NCBI GenBank assembly: GCA_013265495.1
Contig: MU060261.1
Coordinates: 5,991,388-6,055,387 of the forward strand
DNA: 64,000 bases
Reading direction: 5' to 3'
DNA from: Vicugna vicugna
Taxonomy: Eukaryota
In this document: one piece after another, positions 23,801-36,163 of the stretch
Layout: every line of letters starts with the position of its first letter
How positions within the stretch are numbered: position 1 is the stretch's first letter
The notes under the pieces: model-generated
The model's database searches: none
Told to the model about the DNA's origin: nothing
The model's input: the letters and a program-made list of their open reading frames with translations, nothing else
Position numbers and translations under genes: made by a program

Positions 23801-25403
23801 TTACCACCCAGAAATCTCTCAAGGGCAAACCCCTATCTTCTCTTTTCCAAGACCAGGCTCAAAGAGATCCAGCCTATGTATGTTGGAAGGGGTAGAGTGA
23901 GGGAGCAAAATACACCAGCCAAATCCCTGCTGGGCAGCCTGACAGCTGTGAGAGGGCCTGTCTCAGCCCAGGGCCCAGAGGCATGAGGTTCATGGTGCAC
24001 CCTTCGTGCAAATCACATACACACCCCTTCTCCCCAACATCTGCCAGGATTGGAAACACTGGCTTCAGCAGACACAGTTCGGATCAGGTCATTTCTCCTT
24101 TAAAGAGGTACAGGAGACCCTGTTCTGCAGGGTTGGGGCAGGACCACAGAGCCAGTTAACATTCCCTGATTGAAAAAGGTTGGAGCGGTCTGGGAGGGGC
24201 CTACAGGATTGGCCAGGGACTTACAAGCAACCAGCTCTCCACACTAGGCCCAGAGAAAGCGGGAGACAAAAGCCATTTTTTTTTGCAGCCCACATTCGCA
24301 GGGAGCAAATCTCAACGGCCTTCTCTATAATCCCCTAGAGATTATGTCCATCCCGAGAGGAGGGGAGGCAAAGCAGGCTAAGACAGCACTAGGCCTCGCT
24401 GGGGTCACTTTGCCAGGCAGGAGCAGTTTAAAGTTGAACAGCAAGGCCAGAGCTGCCCCCAGCCCCGCCTCCTTCTTGCCCCAGCCACCCCCTTCATCAC
24501 ACTAGTCAGTTTCCACACACTCTCCCCTTTGCACAGTAAAATAAAGCCTAGTGAAGGATCTAGGGTTCCTGAGTCTCCCAGAAGCTGCTCTGGGTGCCCA
24601 GATGGGCAGGAACAACCTTAAAGTCCAACCTGGCAGTAAGTCTGACCTGGCAGTGGCACCCTACCCCCACTCCCAAGTTGTTCTATTCCCAAGGCCCACA
24701 AGAAACCCTGAAGGAGAAGCAGCTGACTGGGATTGGTGCTGGCATAAGGGCTTGGGTCCTAGTNNNNNNNNNNNNNNNNNNNNNNNNNNNNNNNNNNNNN
24801 NNNNNNNNNNNNNNNNNNNNNNNNNNNNNNNNNNNNNNNNNNNNNNNNNNNNNNNNNNNNNNNNNNNNNNNNNNNNNNNNNNNNNNNNNNNNNNNCCTGG
24901 CGACTGGCTCAGGTTTTCCTGACAGACCCTGCCAAAGGAACCCTCCTCAGCTCTGGCACCCCTTTCTCCAACCTACAGGCCAGCTCCGGCCAAGATAGTC
25001 CATNNNNNNNNNNNNNNNNNNNNNNNNNNNNNNNNNNNNNNNNNNNNNNNNNNNNNNNNNNNNNNNNNNNNNNNNNNNNNNNNNNNNNNNNNNNNNNNNN
25101 NNNNNNNNNNNNNNNNNNNNNNNNNNNNNNNNNNNNNNNNNNNNNNNNNNNNNNNNNNNNNNNNNNNNNNNNNNNNNNNNNNNNNNNNNNNNNNNNNNNN
25201 NNNNNNNNNNNNNNNNNNNNNNNNNNNNNNNNNNNNNNNNNNNNNNNNNNNNNNNNNNNNNNNNNNNNNNNNNNNNNNNNNNNNNNNNNNNNNNNNNNNN
25301 NNNNNNNNNNNNNNNNNNNNNNNNNNNNNNNNNNNNNNNNNNNNNNNNNNNNNNNNNNNNNNNNNNNNNNNNNNNNNNNNNNNNNNNNNNNNNNNNNNNN
25401 NNN

Positions 25404-26420
25404 CAGCGCCCTGGCCGCCCGCGCCGGGCTCGGGCGGAACGTCGAGGCTCTCCAGATGGAACGTCGAGGCGCCTCCCCAGCAGCCCGGAAGGAATGCTGC
25501 GCCGGGCCCGGACGGAACGTGAGACCCTCGTAGGAGCGCTGAGCCCCTCTCCCGGCTCGGGCCGGCGCCCTGGGGCCGAGCGAGCTACGGCGACGCGGAG
25601 CCGGCGGGGCCGCGGGGCTGAACCTGACACACACCCAGCGCCGGGCTCCTCGACCCCGAGCGCTCGCCCTNNNNNNNNNNNNNNNNNNNNNNNNNNNNNN
25701 NNNNNNNNNNNNNNNNNNNNNNNNNNNNNNNNNNNNNNNNNNNNNNNNNNNNNNNNNNNNNNNNNNNNNNNNNNNNNNNNNNNNNNNNNNNNNNNNNNNN
25801 NNNNNNNNNNNNNNNNNNNNNNNNNNNNNNNNNNNNNNNNNNNNNNNNNNNNNNNNNNNNNNNNNNACCCCCTCGACCCCCGGCTGGCTGTGATNNNNNN
25901 NNNNNNNNNNNNNNNNNNNNNNNNNNNNNNNNNNNNNNNNNNNNNNNNNNNNNNNNNNNNNNNNNNNNNNNNNNNNNNNNNNNNNNNNNNNNNNNNNNNN
26001 NNNNNNNNNNNNNNNNNNNNNNNNNNNNNNNNNNNNNNNNNNNNNNNNNNNNNNNNNNNNNNNNNNNNNNNNNNNNNNNNNNNNNNNNNNNNNNNNNNNN
26101 NNNNNCGGTCGTGGAGATTCAGGAAGCCTCCGGCGCGAGATCCGGGGGGGCCCTTTTGCCTGGGAAACCCCACTCGAGAAGGGGAGAAAGGAGAAGACGC
26201 GGCCCTATTTTGTGTTGGAGCGGAGCGGCGGAAGGATCCGGCCCTTTCCGAGGAAAGGCTGTGACTCTGCAGTTCTACGCACACGCTGCTGGATCCCTCC
26301 GCCACGGGTTAACCCCGACTGCGCCGGGCCGGCTGCTGTGCAGACACGTGGGAATGAAGCCCCCCTCCTCTTCGCCCCTGCCCTGGAACTGCCTCCTTTA
26401 TCGCCCGGCTAGTGAAACTA
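25404..26420 (-). promoter_or_regulatory. KMT2D CpG-island promoter / non-coding exon 1 region (largely N-masked)
   Basis: Very high GC and CpG density in the visible parts, upstream of KMT2D; the exact exon cannot be resolved because of gaps. Confidence 0.75.
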
Positions 26421-27311
26421 GGACTCCAGCCACTTTCTAATTCCGTTTCCCTGGAGTTATCGGTTCCTGAAACTCCAACTGCTCCTCGCCTTGGCCAGGG
26501 GCAGTCTTTCCCGGGAGGGGGATGGAAGAAGAGCCAGGAGATTGGCCGCTGCTCTGCATCCTGGGAACTGGAGTCCGCAAATGGAGAAAGTGAGGCACGG
26601 AGCCTGGCGCTGTAAAGGGTGGGTTCCTGCCACGTTCGGGGGCCCGAAGAAAAGCGGAACGAGTCCCTAGTCGTTCCTCCTGGCTCTCAAACCCCCTCGA
26701 GAGGAAAGAGGGCTGTTAGTGCCCCCACAATCACCCCCCCATCAAAACGTAAATGTAGAGTTTCCCCTCCTTTCCTGGGTGCTCCAACCCCCACTCTCAG
26801 TCTTTCTCTCTGGATCTTAGGGGCCTGTGTCCCCCTTTTTAGTAAACAGAGGGGATGTAACTTGACTTGCTGCTACCTGGTTGGAGTACTGTTAATCTAG
26901 ACAAAATCCCAAAACACACGGATTGCAGGCAACGCCCCCCCACACCATTAGTATGTATGAGAAAGAATTGGAATGAGTTTTCTTCATTAGCTGTACCCGC
27001 GGGATGGACAGGAGACAAATTAACAACGTGCCCGATACTTTATATATTCTTAGTTACTCCTCATCCTTGTTATGAATTACGTGGAATTATATCCATATTA
27101 CAGATGAAGAAATTGAGGCTAAAATAGGTAAAATTGCCCAACAAACTATGTCCAGTGAGAAGTTGAGCCATTAAAAACAATGGCCATGTTTTTCCTAGGG
27201 ATATGTGTGTGTGTGTGTATGTATACATATTTATTTATATTTATATATTTGAGATGTGGAGAAAGAGACAGGCAGATCAGATGCAGGGTTGATTTTGTGG
27301 TAAAGGGTTTA

Positions 27312-27501
27312 CAGTGCTATCCAATACAACTTTCTGCAATGGTAGAAATATACTATATCTACGCTATCTAATATGGCTTATCCATAAGTAACTATTGGGC
27401 ACTTTGAATTGTATGTAGTACAACTGAGAAATTTTTTATTTAATTTTAAAACTAAATTAAATAGCCATATGTAACTTGTGGCTTCCATAGTGCACAGTGC
27501 A
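27312..27501. mobile_element. MER3-like hAT-Charlie DNA transposon remnant
   Basis: cagtgctatccaatacaactttctgcaatg...tagccatatgtaacttgtggcttccatagtgcacagtgca resembles the MER3 consensus as recalled. Confidence 0.65.
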
Positions 27502-27689
27502 GGAGATCTAAATCCCTACTGGCCAGTCATAGGAGGGATCAGAGCTAGGCATGTTCTGTGCTAGCCACCCCACACCTATCCTAGCTATAGTGGAATAAGT
27601 TCACCAAGAGACAGAAGTTGGGAAATGGAAGACCTCTCCCTACGCTCTGCATCCAGAGGTAGGGAGGCAGGCCCTCACCATAAAGACCT

Positions 27690-27900
27690 CTAATAGCTAC
27701 CATTTCTTAAGGGTTTATTATATATAAGGAACTATGGTAAGCATTTCATATATCACCTCAGTTTAATTCTCACCTCAACTCTTTGAGGAAGGTTTAGCTA
27801 TACTTTATACATGAGAAACAGAGGTTCAGAAGCTCAGAGAGGTTGAGTGTCTGCCCTAGGTCACACAGCTAAGTGGAAGAGTAACTCTTTCAACCCAGCC
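27690..27900 (-). mobile_element. MIR remnant
   Basis: atgagaaacagaggttcagaag...gccctaggtcacacagctaagtgg is the reverse MIR core. Confidence 0.65.
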
Positions 27901-28846
27901 ATTAACCACTATCCTTCACTACTATCAGGCTTTGAGATTGTTATACTTCTAAAAGACCTCGGATGTTTGTAATTGTCTCAGACCTCATGGAAATACAGGA
28001 GTGTAGGTACCTGTAATGAGAATTCCAGGTCAGATGTGCAAAAGGACCTAATTTTACTCCAAAGAGAGGGTGATAACAACCCCAAAGACACTCCTAAGCC
28101 CCCAAGAGATTGCTCTTTGGAATATGATCCTTCCAGCAGCTCATTTCTTTTTAGATTCTGGATCAGAGATGCAAAAGAAGCTGGCAGGACTTTTGAAAAC
28201 CAGCTTGACAAACTGTCATTCCCAACTCTAAGCCCAAATAGCCTGGAGCAAGGCACTAGCAAGGTCACAGCTGTAAATCACACCTAGATTTTATCCATTT
28301 TCCCCAACTTAGTGCATTGACAGAGTACCTCAGTCTCCCCCAGTTGCCCTTCCTGTGAAGGATACAATTTGGGTAATCCTTTTATGTCCTTGGAGGAAGT
28401 TAGGCCCTAGGGCTGCCAGGGAAGTGTAGGGAGCAGAGGCAGGTACCACCAAATTTTCCACCTGAAACATCCATCCTCCTACAGAAGTGGCAGCCCAGTA
28501 AGAAAGGCAGAAGCAATTACCTTTGACACCTAAAATAGGTAGCACAACTCCAAAGGTATGAAAGATATGAAAAGAGCAAAGAACATCCGTTTTAACAAAA
28601 GGCACTGGGGACATGGTGGGTGGGGAATGGGGATTGATATACATCAGAGGAGTGTTATTTTTTACTTTACTCAACTCCTAGAAAGCTAAAATCTTCACAA
28701 GACTTTAGTCCCTGCCTATACACTACTTCACAATTCTTACATCATTAGGAAAAAGGGGCTTTCTTCCTCCTGCCCAAACCCTGTCCTCTCTGAGTTCCAA
28801 CAAATGCCAAGGTCCCAGGAGGGAAGCTAGGTCAGCACGTGGCAGC

Positions 28847-28865
28847 TGGCCACTAGAGGGTGGTG
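28847..28865 (+). promoter_or_regulatory. CTCF core motif TGGCCACTAGAGGGTGGTG
   Basis: Close match to the CCASYAGRKGGCRS consensus (T in place of the final C); lies between the KMT2D promoter and the RHEBL1 3' end. Confidence 0.7.
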
Positions 28866-29148
28866 TTTCTGTAGTTAAGGGGATCATGACCGCCTACAAA
28901 TTTGGATGGGAGTGGCAGCCTACTGGTACCTGTATGGGAAAACAGAGTAGAAAAGTAGAAAAGGGGTAAGTACTAAGTCTTAGGGTAATGGTCCTGCATG
29001 AGTGAGGAGTAAGGAAAAGGAACAAGGTAGGAGGAAACAATTACCCCTGATTCTCTACCAAAGCTGTAGTCATCACCACTTGGAAAAGGAGATATTGGTC
29101 CTGAGCTCTCCCCACACATACAGACATCAACTACAAAAGATTTCTCAG

Positions 29149-29154
29149 TTTATT
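29149..29154 (-). terminator. Probable RHEBL1 polyadenylation signal AATAAA
   Basis: tttatt on the plus strand about 410 nt past the stop codon. Confidence 0.6.
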
Positions 29155-29566
29155 TGTGTATATACATTATCACTCCAGGGAGCCAGCTCCACTTCAGGAG
29201 TCCCCAGCTCCCCTCACCCAGCCAGCGCCCAAAACATACATAGGAGACTGGGTCCTTAATAAACAATGCCCAGGACTCATATCCTTACTGCACAGGTTAT
29301 AACAACAATTCACTTATTTAGCAAAAACAGAGGGCTAGAGGACAGTGCCCATGACACATCCTTGCCCCTTTGTAAACATTGACAACCAGGCCACTGGAGC
29401 CTGGGTAAGTGTGCAAACATGACGGTACCACACTGTGTGCCCAGAGAGCCAGGGACACAGCTGGCAACCAAACCCGTGAAGTCCTGAGGGTCTGCCCCCC
29501 AAATCCCCACTGGAGCCTGGCAAGTGCCAGGGACAGAATCACAGCAGCTATCCCATGCTCAAGGGC

Positions 29567-32115
29567 TCACATGAGATGGCAGCGGCGCTCTTGCCCATAT
29601 GAATTCTCCACCCGGGCAATCTCATGGATGATTTTGGTGAAGATGCCTTGAGTCAGCTGCAAGGGATAAGGATTCAGAGCAAAAAGAATTGGTTAGTTCA
29701 CTACTGGTACCATCCAGCTGTGAGGTGACTACCCTACCCATCACCTTCCCCACACCAAACAGTGCTATAAGGAAAACACTGCTACCCCTACAGCCTTCCT
29801 AATCTTCAGGCTCAGCACCTGATTCTCTCGAGCAGATGACTCCATAAATGTTGCACCCCAGGACTCTGCCAGCTTCTTTCCTTCAACAGCCTGGACCTCC
29901 CTGGAAGCAAATTTGGGACTTTAAAATGAAGGACAGTCATGTCTCCATGTTTTCTGCAAAATCTTTATAGAAACTAGACTTCCTCTGACCCATCCTATTC
30001 CAAGGTTTGGGAAGAAGGGTTGGGGAAGGAGAAAATACAAGAAAACAAAAGCGCTTAGGACTGAGGCTTGAAATATGAAATCATAGCTTTTGCAATAGAA
30101 GGGTTATTTTGTCTTAACCTTCAGGTTACTAATGAAAAGAATATGACTTGTTCAAGTCAGTGGCAGAGCCAGGACAAGAGCCTGACTCACTCCTAGTCCA
30201 GCTCCCTTTCCTTAGCCCTGAGCTACAGAGATTTCCATACCTGTCTGGAGAGAGATCTGCCTTGTTCCCTACCAGTACCACCGGCAGCCTGTGAGAAAAC
30301 AGCAGTTACTACAGGATCCCCTCTGTTCCCCATGGACCCCAACCTCCTCCACATCAGAGCTGGACAAATCCCCATCAGACCAGATAGGATCTATGTCCTA
30401 GCTTCCTCCTTAATTTGGATCAATACTCCCCTCTGTCTTCTCTCTCCCCTTGTGTCCACAGTATGTCTTTATCCCCCAGAGCCACATACCGGGTTTTCCC
30501 GTGGCCTTCATGTAGCTTTTGGTACAGACTCTCGATAACTTGGAAGCTTTAAACACAAGAAATGAAGCTATAACCTTATTCTGGGACAGCCCCCAGATCC
30601 TCCCAAGTCCCCTACTCATAGCTCTTGTCACTTACCTATGCAGAGAGGTGACAGAATACACAAGCACATAACCATGGACCCCAATGATGAATGAATAGGG
30701 CAGAATGCTGTACTCATCCTGACAAGAAACAGAAACATCAACAACCTGGATCCACAACACTCAGATGCCCATGGTTGGTGGGCTGCATCCTGGGGACCCT
30801 CCCTGTGGCACTCCCTACTCCAGTCACTTCTAGTCAACAAATATTTATAGAGTAGCTCCAACCAGCGCTGCATATTGCTAGCTGCTAAAATGCTTTTCTT
30901 TTAATACTACTTTACGGATAAGCCACAGATTCTACCAGACTTCATCTCCCAGGACTGAACTGCCACATTTAGATACCCTACCCCAAACTGGTACCTGCCC
31001 TGCTGTGTCCACCAGCTGTAGGTGAAACTCATCTTTGCCAAGAGTCACTATCTTGCTGTAAGCTGAAAAGAAAAGAAAACTTAACTGTGAGGTGCCGTGT
31101 AGAGCTAACAATGTGTGCCCCTATACAGTCTTAACCCCAGAGGTAACATAACTGAGCCAGGTCCAGGGAGTGCTCCAGAAAACTGGAGAGAAAATGTTTG
31201 GCTTCTTATTGTCTACATCTACACCATCATGGACTCAGTATCTTGCAAAATCCACACTCTAGCCCCACTCATAGAACAGGATTACTAGAGAAGAGATTAG
31301 ACTTAATATCTAATTAAATAGTCCCCTTGGCACCAGGAAAATCACAAACTATGGTGTTGGGTGGGGCACCCAAGCCCTCCCAGCCCCACCCCTGGGGGAG
31401 AAGTTACTCACTATTCTCCACGGTAGGATCATAGCCTTCCAGGAACTCGCCCTCCACAAATTGATGTGCTAAAGATGTCTTCCCTGTGGGAAGCAAAGGG
31501 AGTTGTATCCAAATCACCCAACTACATTCACATCCCGTGTCCCTTCGGGATGTGACCCAGGGCTAAAAGGGACCCCAAATTAGCATCCTAGCCTGTGAAT
31601 GCCCCATGCAATGCTTTCCCTTAGCCCACCCTCACCTTCTTTTCGCCCAGGGTCTCTGCACCTTGGCCACCGGATGCATTCTGTAGTGCCGCAGGAAGCC
31701 TTTCCCGCCTCCTTTCTCCACCCCACCCCTGGGAAGATCCTCGATTCCTTAGGATCAAGCCTGCCCTGCACCTGAGACTTACTTGCACCACCCAGACCGC
31801 GCCCCCATCGTCAAATCCTGACCCCACCTCCACTCCCCAGGGTAACGCCTGGGACCACCCTGGTGTTCCAGCAGTCAAGCCCACGTTAACCCTTACATGC
31901 TCCCACTTCCTGCAGCCTTCCCCCTCCAACCTTTCAATCCTCGCTCTACAAGCTGGTTCTAAGGATGCCATCATTCCTCCCTGGGTCGCGTTCCCGCGGC
32001 AGCGCGCCTCCTCTGGCCACAAAGCCGCGGTGCGTCCGTGCTCTCTCCAAGGCAGAAACTCACCTACAGAACGGTATCCGAGGATGACCACCTTCCTGTA
32101 GCGAACTAACGGCAT
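29567..32115 (-). CDS. RHEBL1: Ras homolog enriched in brain-like 1 small GTPase, 183 aa
   Basis: Exons 32064-32115, 31412-31483, 30995-31062, 30636-30718, 30490-30546, 30241-30288, 29819-29900, 29567-29656 sum to 552 nt. G1 GYRSVGKT, effector YDPTVENT, G3 DTAGQ, G4 NKAD, C-terminal CAAX CHLM, stop TGA. Confidence 0.98.
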
Positions 32116-32530
32116 GGCAGAAGCCGGCCCCGAAGGGCTCGCAGAACTTCGGGCTAAGAGAGCCCCAAGAAGAGGTCGGAGTGCAGGCAGGCGAGGCAAC
32201 TGGCACAGGGAAGTAGCTAACCGCGAAGCTGCCAGGGGCAAGCTAGAGGGAAACCAAAACAAGCGCCGCGCCCGGAGCTGGCCACGTGATCACAACACAG
32301 CAAGACTAAGGCAAGGGAGCCGGGCGACCGGGGAACTACACTGCCGCGCCGCTCCGGGCTCCGCCCCCCGGGCCTCTCGCCATTGGTCTATTAGAAAGGG
32401 TAGGGGCGGGGCCGCCAGCAGGAGGGAAGGGTGGGCCTCACGTGGAGCGGGAGAACCAGGAGCTGGGCATGCGCAGACTAGAGCCGGTTCATTCATAAAG
32501 AAACAGAAAGGAACCCGGGGTCCTAGAGGT
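31780..32530 (-). promoter_or_regulatory. RHEBL1 CpG-island promoter with CCAAT (32382-32386), GC box (32403-32412), E-boxes CACGTG (32283-32288, 32439-32444) and NRF1-like TGCGCATGC (32467-32475)
   Basis: Motifs read directly from the sequence; CpG-rich region around the ATG; TATA-less housekeeping layout. Confidence 0.7.
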
Positions 32531-32844
32531 GTTTGCGTATTTGCAACCTAACAGAAGTCCCTGCAAAAAATCATGGATGGAAAGTATCTGTCGTGGCCAG
32601 TCTAGAATTTGTGGTCAAAAGAGTCTATGCCTCCCTTTTGCGAGGTCTCCGGGGTCCCTAGGTAGGGAAAGAAAGGCCAAAGTTTCAATATATTCCCTCC
32701 GCTTCCCCCATCCTTCAGCCCCAGATATTTTATTTTCCGGTTTCCACAGTCTTGCAGGATCTAACTTCGGAGATGCAGTTCCTATTTATAGGAAAATTGT
32801 TAGAATTTGTGGCCAGGTCGTCTGAAGTTTTACTGTAATCATCA

Positions 32845-33960
32845 TCAATCAATGCATTTATTTATTCAACAAATATTTACTGTGTATACTATGTTTTAGA
32901 CATTTCTCTATCTTTGAAGGTAGAGCGATGAACATGACAGACAGAGGACAAGGTCTCTGCGCTCACGAAGTTTAAAAGCTAGTTGGGAAGAAACAAGCAT
33001 AAACAAGTATTAGACAGTATAAAGTGCTACAAAAAGCAGTATGATAAGAAACGACCAGTTTAAATTAGCAATACTTCCTCTCAAAGGAAGCCCCATTTAA
33101 GCTGAAGTCTGAATGACAGTAAGGAGCCACCTAGCAAAAGATTTGAACAGAGGAATCTATCAATGCTATGGTGCTAGAATGGAAGCAAACTTGTTAAATT
33201 CCAGGACAGAGAGAAAGCCAGTTAGCCTAAAGCAGATGAAGTCGAAGAGGATGTTAGGATCCAGGCCAGGTCAAGTAGTTTGGGCTAATCCTAGGTAACT
33301 AGAAAGCTGCTGATGATGTTTAGGTAAGATGGGATGTGACACTATCTGAACTGTGTTCCTAGAAGATCTCCCTGGCTGTAGGGAATGGATTGGGGTTTGA
33401 GGGAAATTGGAGCAAGCAGAGAAGCAGGGTGATCAGCTAGGTGACTGATACTTGTAGTCCAGGTGAGAGGTGAGGATGGCTTGACTAGAGGGGCAGAGAT
33501 GAATGAAGTAGAGAATTTGGTATATGTTTTGAGGCTGAGGTTAAGTTGACTTGCTGAAGGATTGGATACAGGAAATGAGGGAGGGAAAGAGAGGAAAGAA
33601 AACACCTAGATTTATGGAGTTCTACTTTGCGCCAGGTGCATTTCATTGTCATCTCGTTTAATATTCACCACAGCCCTGAGGTTGATAATTGGCATTATTC
33701 ATTCATTCATTCATCAACAAATATTTATCAAACAACCACCATGTCCCAGGCACCCTTCCAGGTGCTTAGAATAGAGCAGTGGGCAACACAGACAAGGTCT
33801 TTGCTCACAAGGAGCAAGTATTCTTTTGGGAGGAGACCAACAGGTAAACAATAAAAGTTACAATCAAAAATTAATAACTGCCATGAGAAAAAATAAATAA
33901 GACATTAATAGGCTAGAGACTAACTTGGTACTCCTCTTTTTTAATGATATCCTCGGAAGG
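32845..33960. mobile_element. Cluster of ancient L2 fragments (some MIR) upstream of RHEBL1
   Basis: L2 3'-end signature attcattcattcatcaacaaatatttat occurs twice; gtagtccaggtgagaggtgaggatggcttgactagag resembles L2 body sequence. Confidence 0.6.
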
Positions 33961-35645
33961 CTGAGGAGGTAATGCACCTGAGACTTGACTAGTAGTTATT
34001 ATCAGATGTGGAAACTGACACTTAGTCACACAGGTAGCACACAAAAGTTATTTCTTCTGGAAGGCCCTGATGTGGTGGGTTTGTAGGAGTTAGACTGTAT
34101 TGGAGGACAGGCTTTGTAAAACTATAGAACCATCTAATGCTTAAAAACATTCAGATCTACAAAGTTGTTTCAAGGTGCCACTTCCTAATCTGGCCTCAGA
34201 AAGAGAACCAAATACCTCTTCTATGGAATAAAGCAAGTTCCTTGCAGACCAGCAATTTTATGTTGGATTATTGGGCCTGAGTGGGATTGGCAGTGATTCC
34301 AGATTAGGTTTTAAGCACTGTAGGGTAAAACAAAGACCTGGATTCAGTTAAATTCAGTAAAAACTTCCCTATCTACTACTTTGTACCAGGTGTACAATAT
34401 GTTTTGCACACTAGAGATAGCAAGATAAATAATAGATGCCTTTTATGCTGTTTGTCTTTCCAGATTAACTCTCTCCTCTTTTCCACCCAGATTTGTGTCC
34501 AGGAGGTAGAGCTTGCCCCTTGGATCCCAATGGGGTTCAGCCAAAGAGGAGTACTTACCGAAGATCAGATGGAGGGAAGAGATTGTGCCCAGACTGAGAT
34601 TGACTGAAGGTCAAAGCACCCCTACACACTCACTGCTCTCTTGTTCTGTTTCCAGTAACTCCCTCCACTCACCCTCCAGGCCTACAATGATAACAGCCTC
34701 TCTGATATTCGCCCTGGGGTGCCGCTCTACCCCTTATGTTTCCCTACACCCTGCTCACACCTTTGTAGTCTCTTTATTAAATCATCCTCAAATTCTCCTG
34801 TCTTCTTCAATCAGGAGGAAAACAAAAGGACTAAGACAAAGGGCTTTCTCTTGTGGCTTTTTCTTTCTATATAGGAAGAGATCTCACCAAAGACTTTCAC
34901 CTACCTCTCCTTGAACACAACTGTATCCTATGACCATCTCTAGCTTCAAGAGAGCCTGGAAATTTCAGCATTTTCTTTTCCACCCTCTATAGTAAAGGAA
35001 GGCAAAACAGAATATGAATGAATGCTTTGTGAGCTAATCTCCAAGATCTGTATATCTTGGGACCAAGGTAATTTGTTTCTTAAATATCAATCACTTTAAA
35101 AGTAGGGCAGAAATTGTTACTTTGTAAAGATCACAGATATGAAAAGATCACCAATATAGGATAAAGTAAAGGAAACAAACTATCCTAATGTTGGGTAAAT
35201 AGGCTTGGAATAAAATTTCCAGCAACAGCATCCTACATTGCTATGTCTTAAACAACTGAGATAAAATGAAGATAAAATGCTCCCAGAAAACTGTAGTATC
35301 TCTACAAAAAGTGAAAACAATTTTACTATGTTTGCATTGTAATGATGGGTTCCATTTCACAGATCTTCAGAGCTTCTTGGTTTCCCACAACTTTGGTGGA
35401 GAAACAGTTATGGCTCCCCCCCCCACCCCCCAGTGAGGTCCTGGTTATCTAGCGTTGCATCATAAACTATATTAAAACTTGGTGGTTTAGAACAACCATG
35501 ATATATTATTTCTCATGATTCTGTGAGTTGAATTGGCAATTCTTCTGTCGTCTCTCCTGAACTCCTGGACTACCAGAGGCCACAGACCCTGTTGGGTGGC
35601 CCTCTCCTTCAGCTACAGATACAGTTACAGCTCTCTTGGGTTCTT

Positions 35646-35779
35646 TCCTTTGGGGGTAGGGGTGATTAGGTTTATTTAATTATTTATTTTAATGGAGGTA
35701 CTGGGGATTGAACACAGGGCCTCGTGCATGCTAAGCACATGCTCCATGTGCTCTACCACTGAGCTATACCCTCCCCACT
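35646..35779 (-). mobile_element. tRNA-derived SINE, camelid Vic-1-like, with a 14-bp target-site duplication
   Basis: Reverse complement begins GGGGAGGGTATAGCTCAGTGGTAGAGC (A box), has B box GTTCAATCC and an AT-rich tail; TSD tctcttgggttctt at 35632-35645 and 35780-35793. Confidence 0.85.
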
Positions 35780-36099
35780 TCTCTTGGGTTCTTGTAACCC
35801 TTCCTTCTCTTGCCCATTCAGGCCTAAGGGGTGAGCACCTCCAGTGGCTCCCCACTGATGCCAGACTCTGAATGCTTCACCACACTTGTAGATACTCCAT
35901 CACCCTGTCAACTCCTTTATGAACATCCCTTTCATTATATCCTCCTCAGTTCCCCATTTGAGTATGCAATCTGTTTCCTCCAAGGATTCTGAATGTTGTA
36001 GTGGTGGGAATTATCAAGCAAAAGATTAGAAGGCAAAATTATATCAAGCCTCATATTACAGTACAAGTAGCTAGAAACATAGAAGAAGATGCTTTTCTT

Positions 36100-36163
36100 C
36101 AAAAAGAGAGAGAGAGAGAGAGAAGAAGAAGGAAGGGAGGGAGGGAGGAAGAAAGAAAGAAAA
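36100..36163. repeat. Purine-rich simple repeat (GA)n/(GAA)n/(GGGA)n
   Basis: Read directly from the sequence. Confidence 0.8.

Noticed and set aside
24551-26440. ORFs of up to 452 aa across the KMT2D promoter
   Set aside because: Consist mostly of N-gaps translated as X within a CpG island.
31621-32262. 213-aa ORF extending RHEBL1 exon 1 in both directions
   Set aside because: Starts at TTG, not ATG, and runs into intron 1 past a canonical GTGAGT donor; the spliced 183-aa product is complete.
34930-35420. AT-rich unique-looking block, possibly a retrocopied 3' UTR
   Set aside because: No recognisable parent gene, poly(A) tail or TSD; cannot be supported without a BLAST search.
35700-35779. 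tRNA-like A/B boxes here and at 53890-53966 as tRNA genes
   Set aside because: No full cloverleaf; AT-rich tails and TSDs identify them as SINEs.
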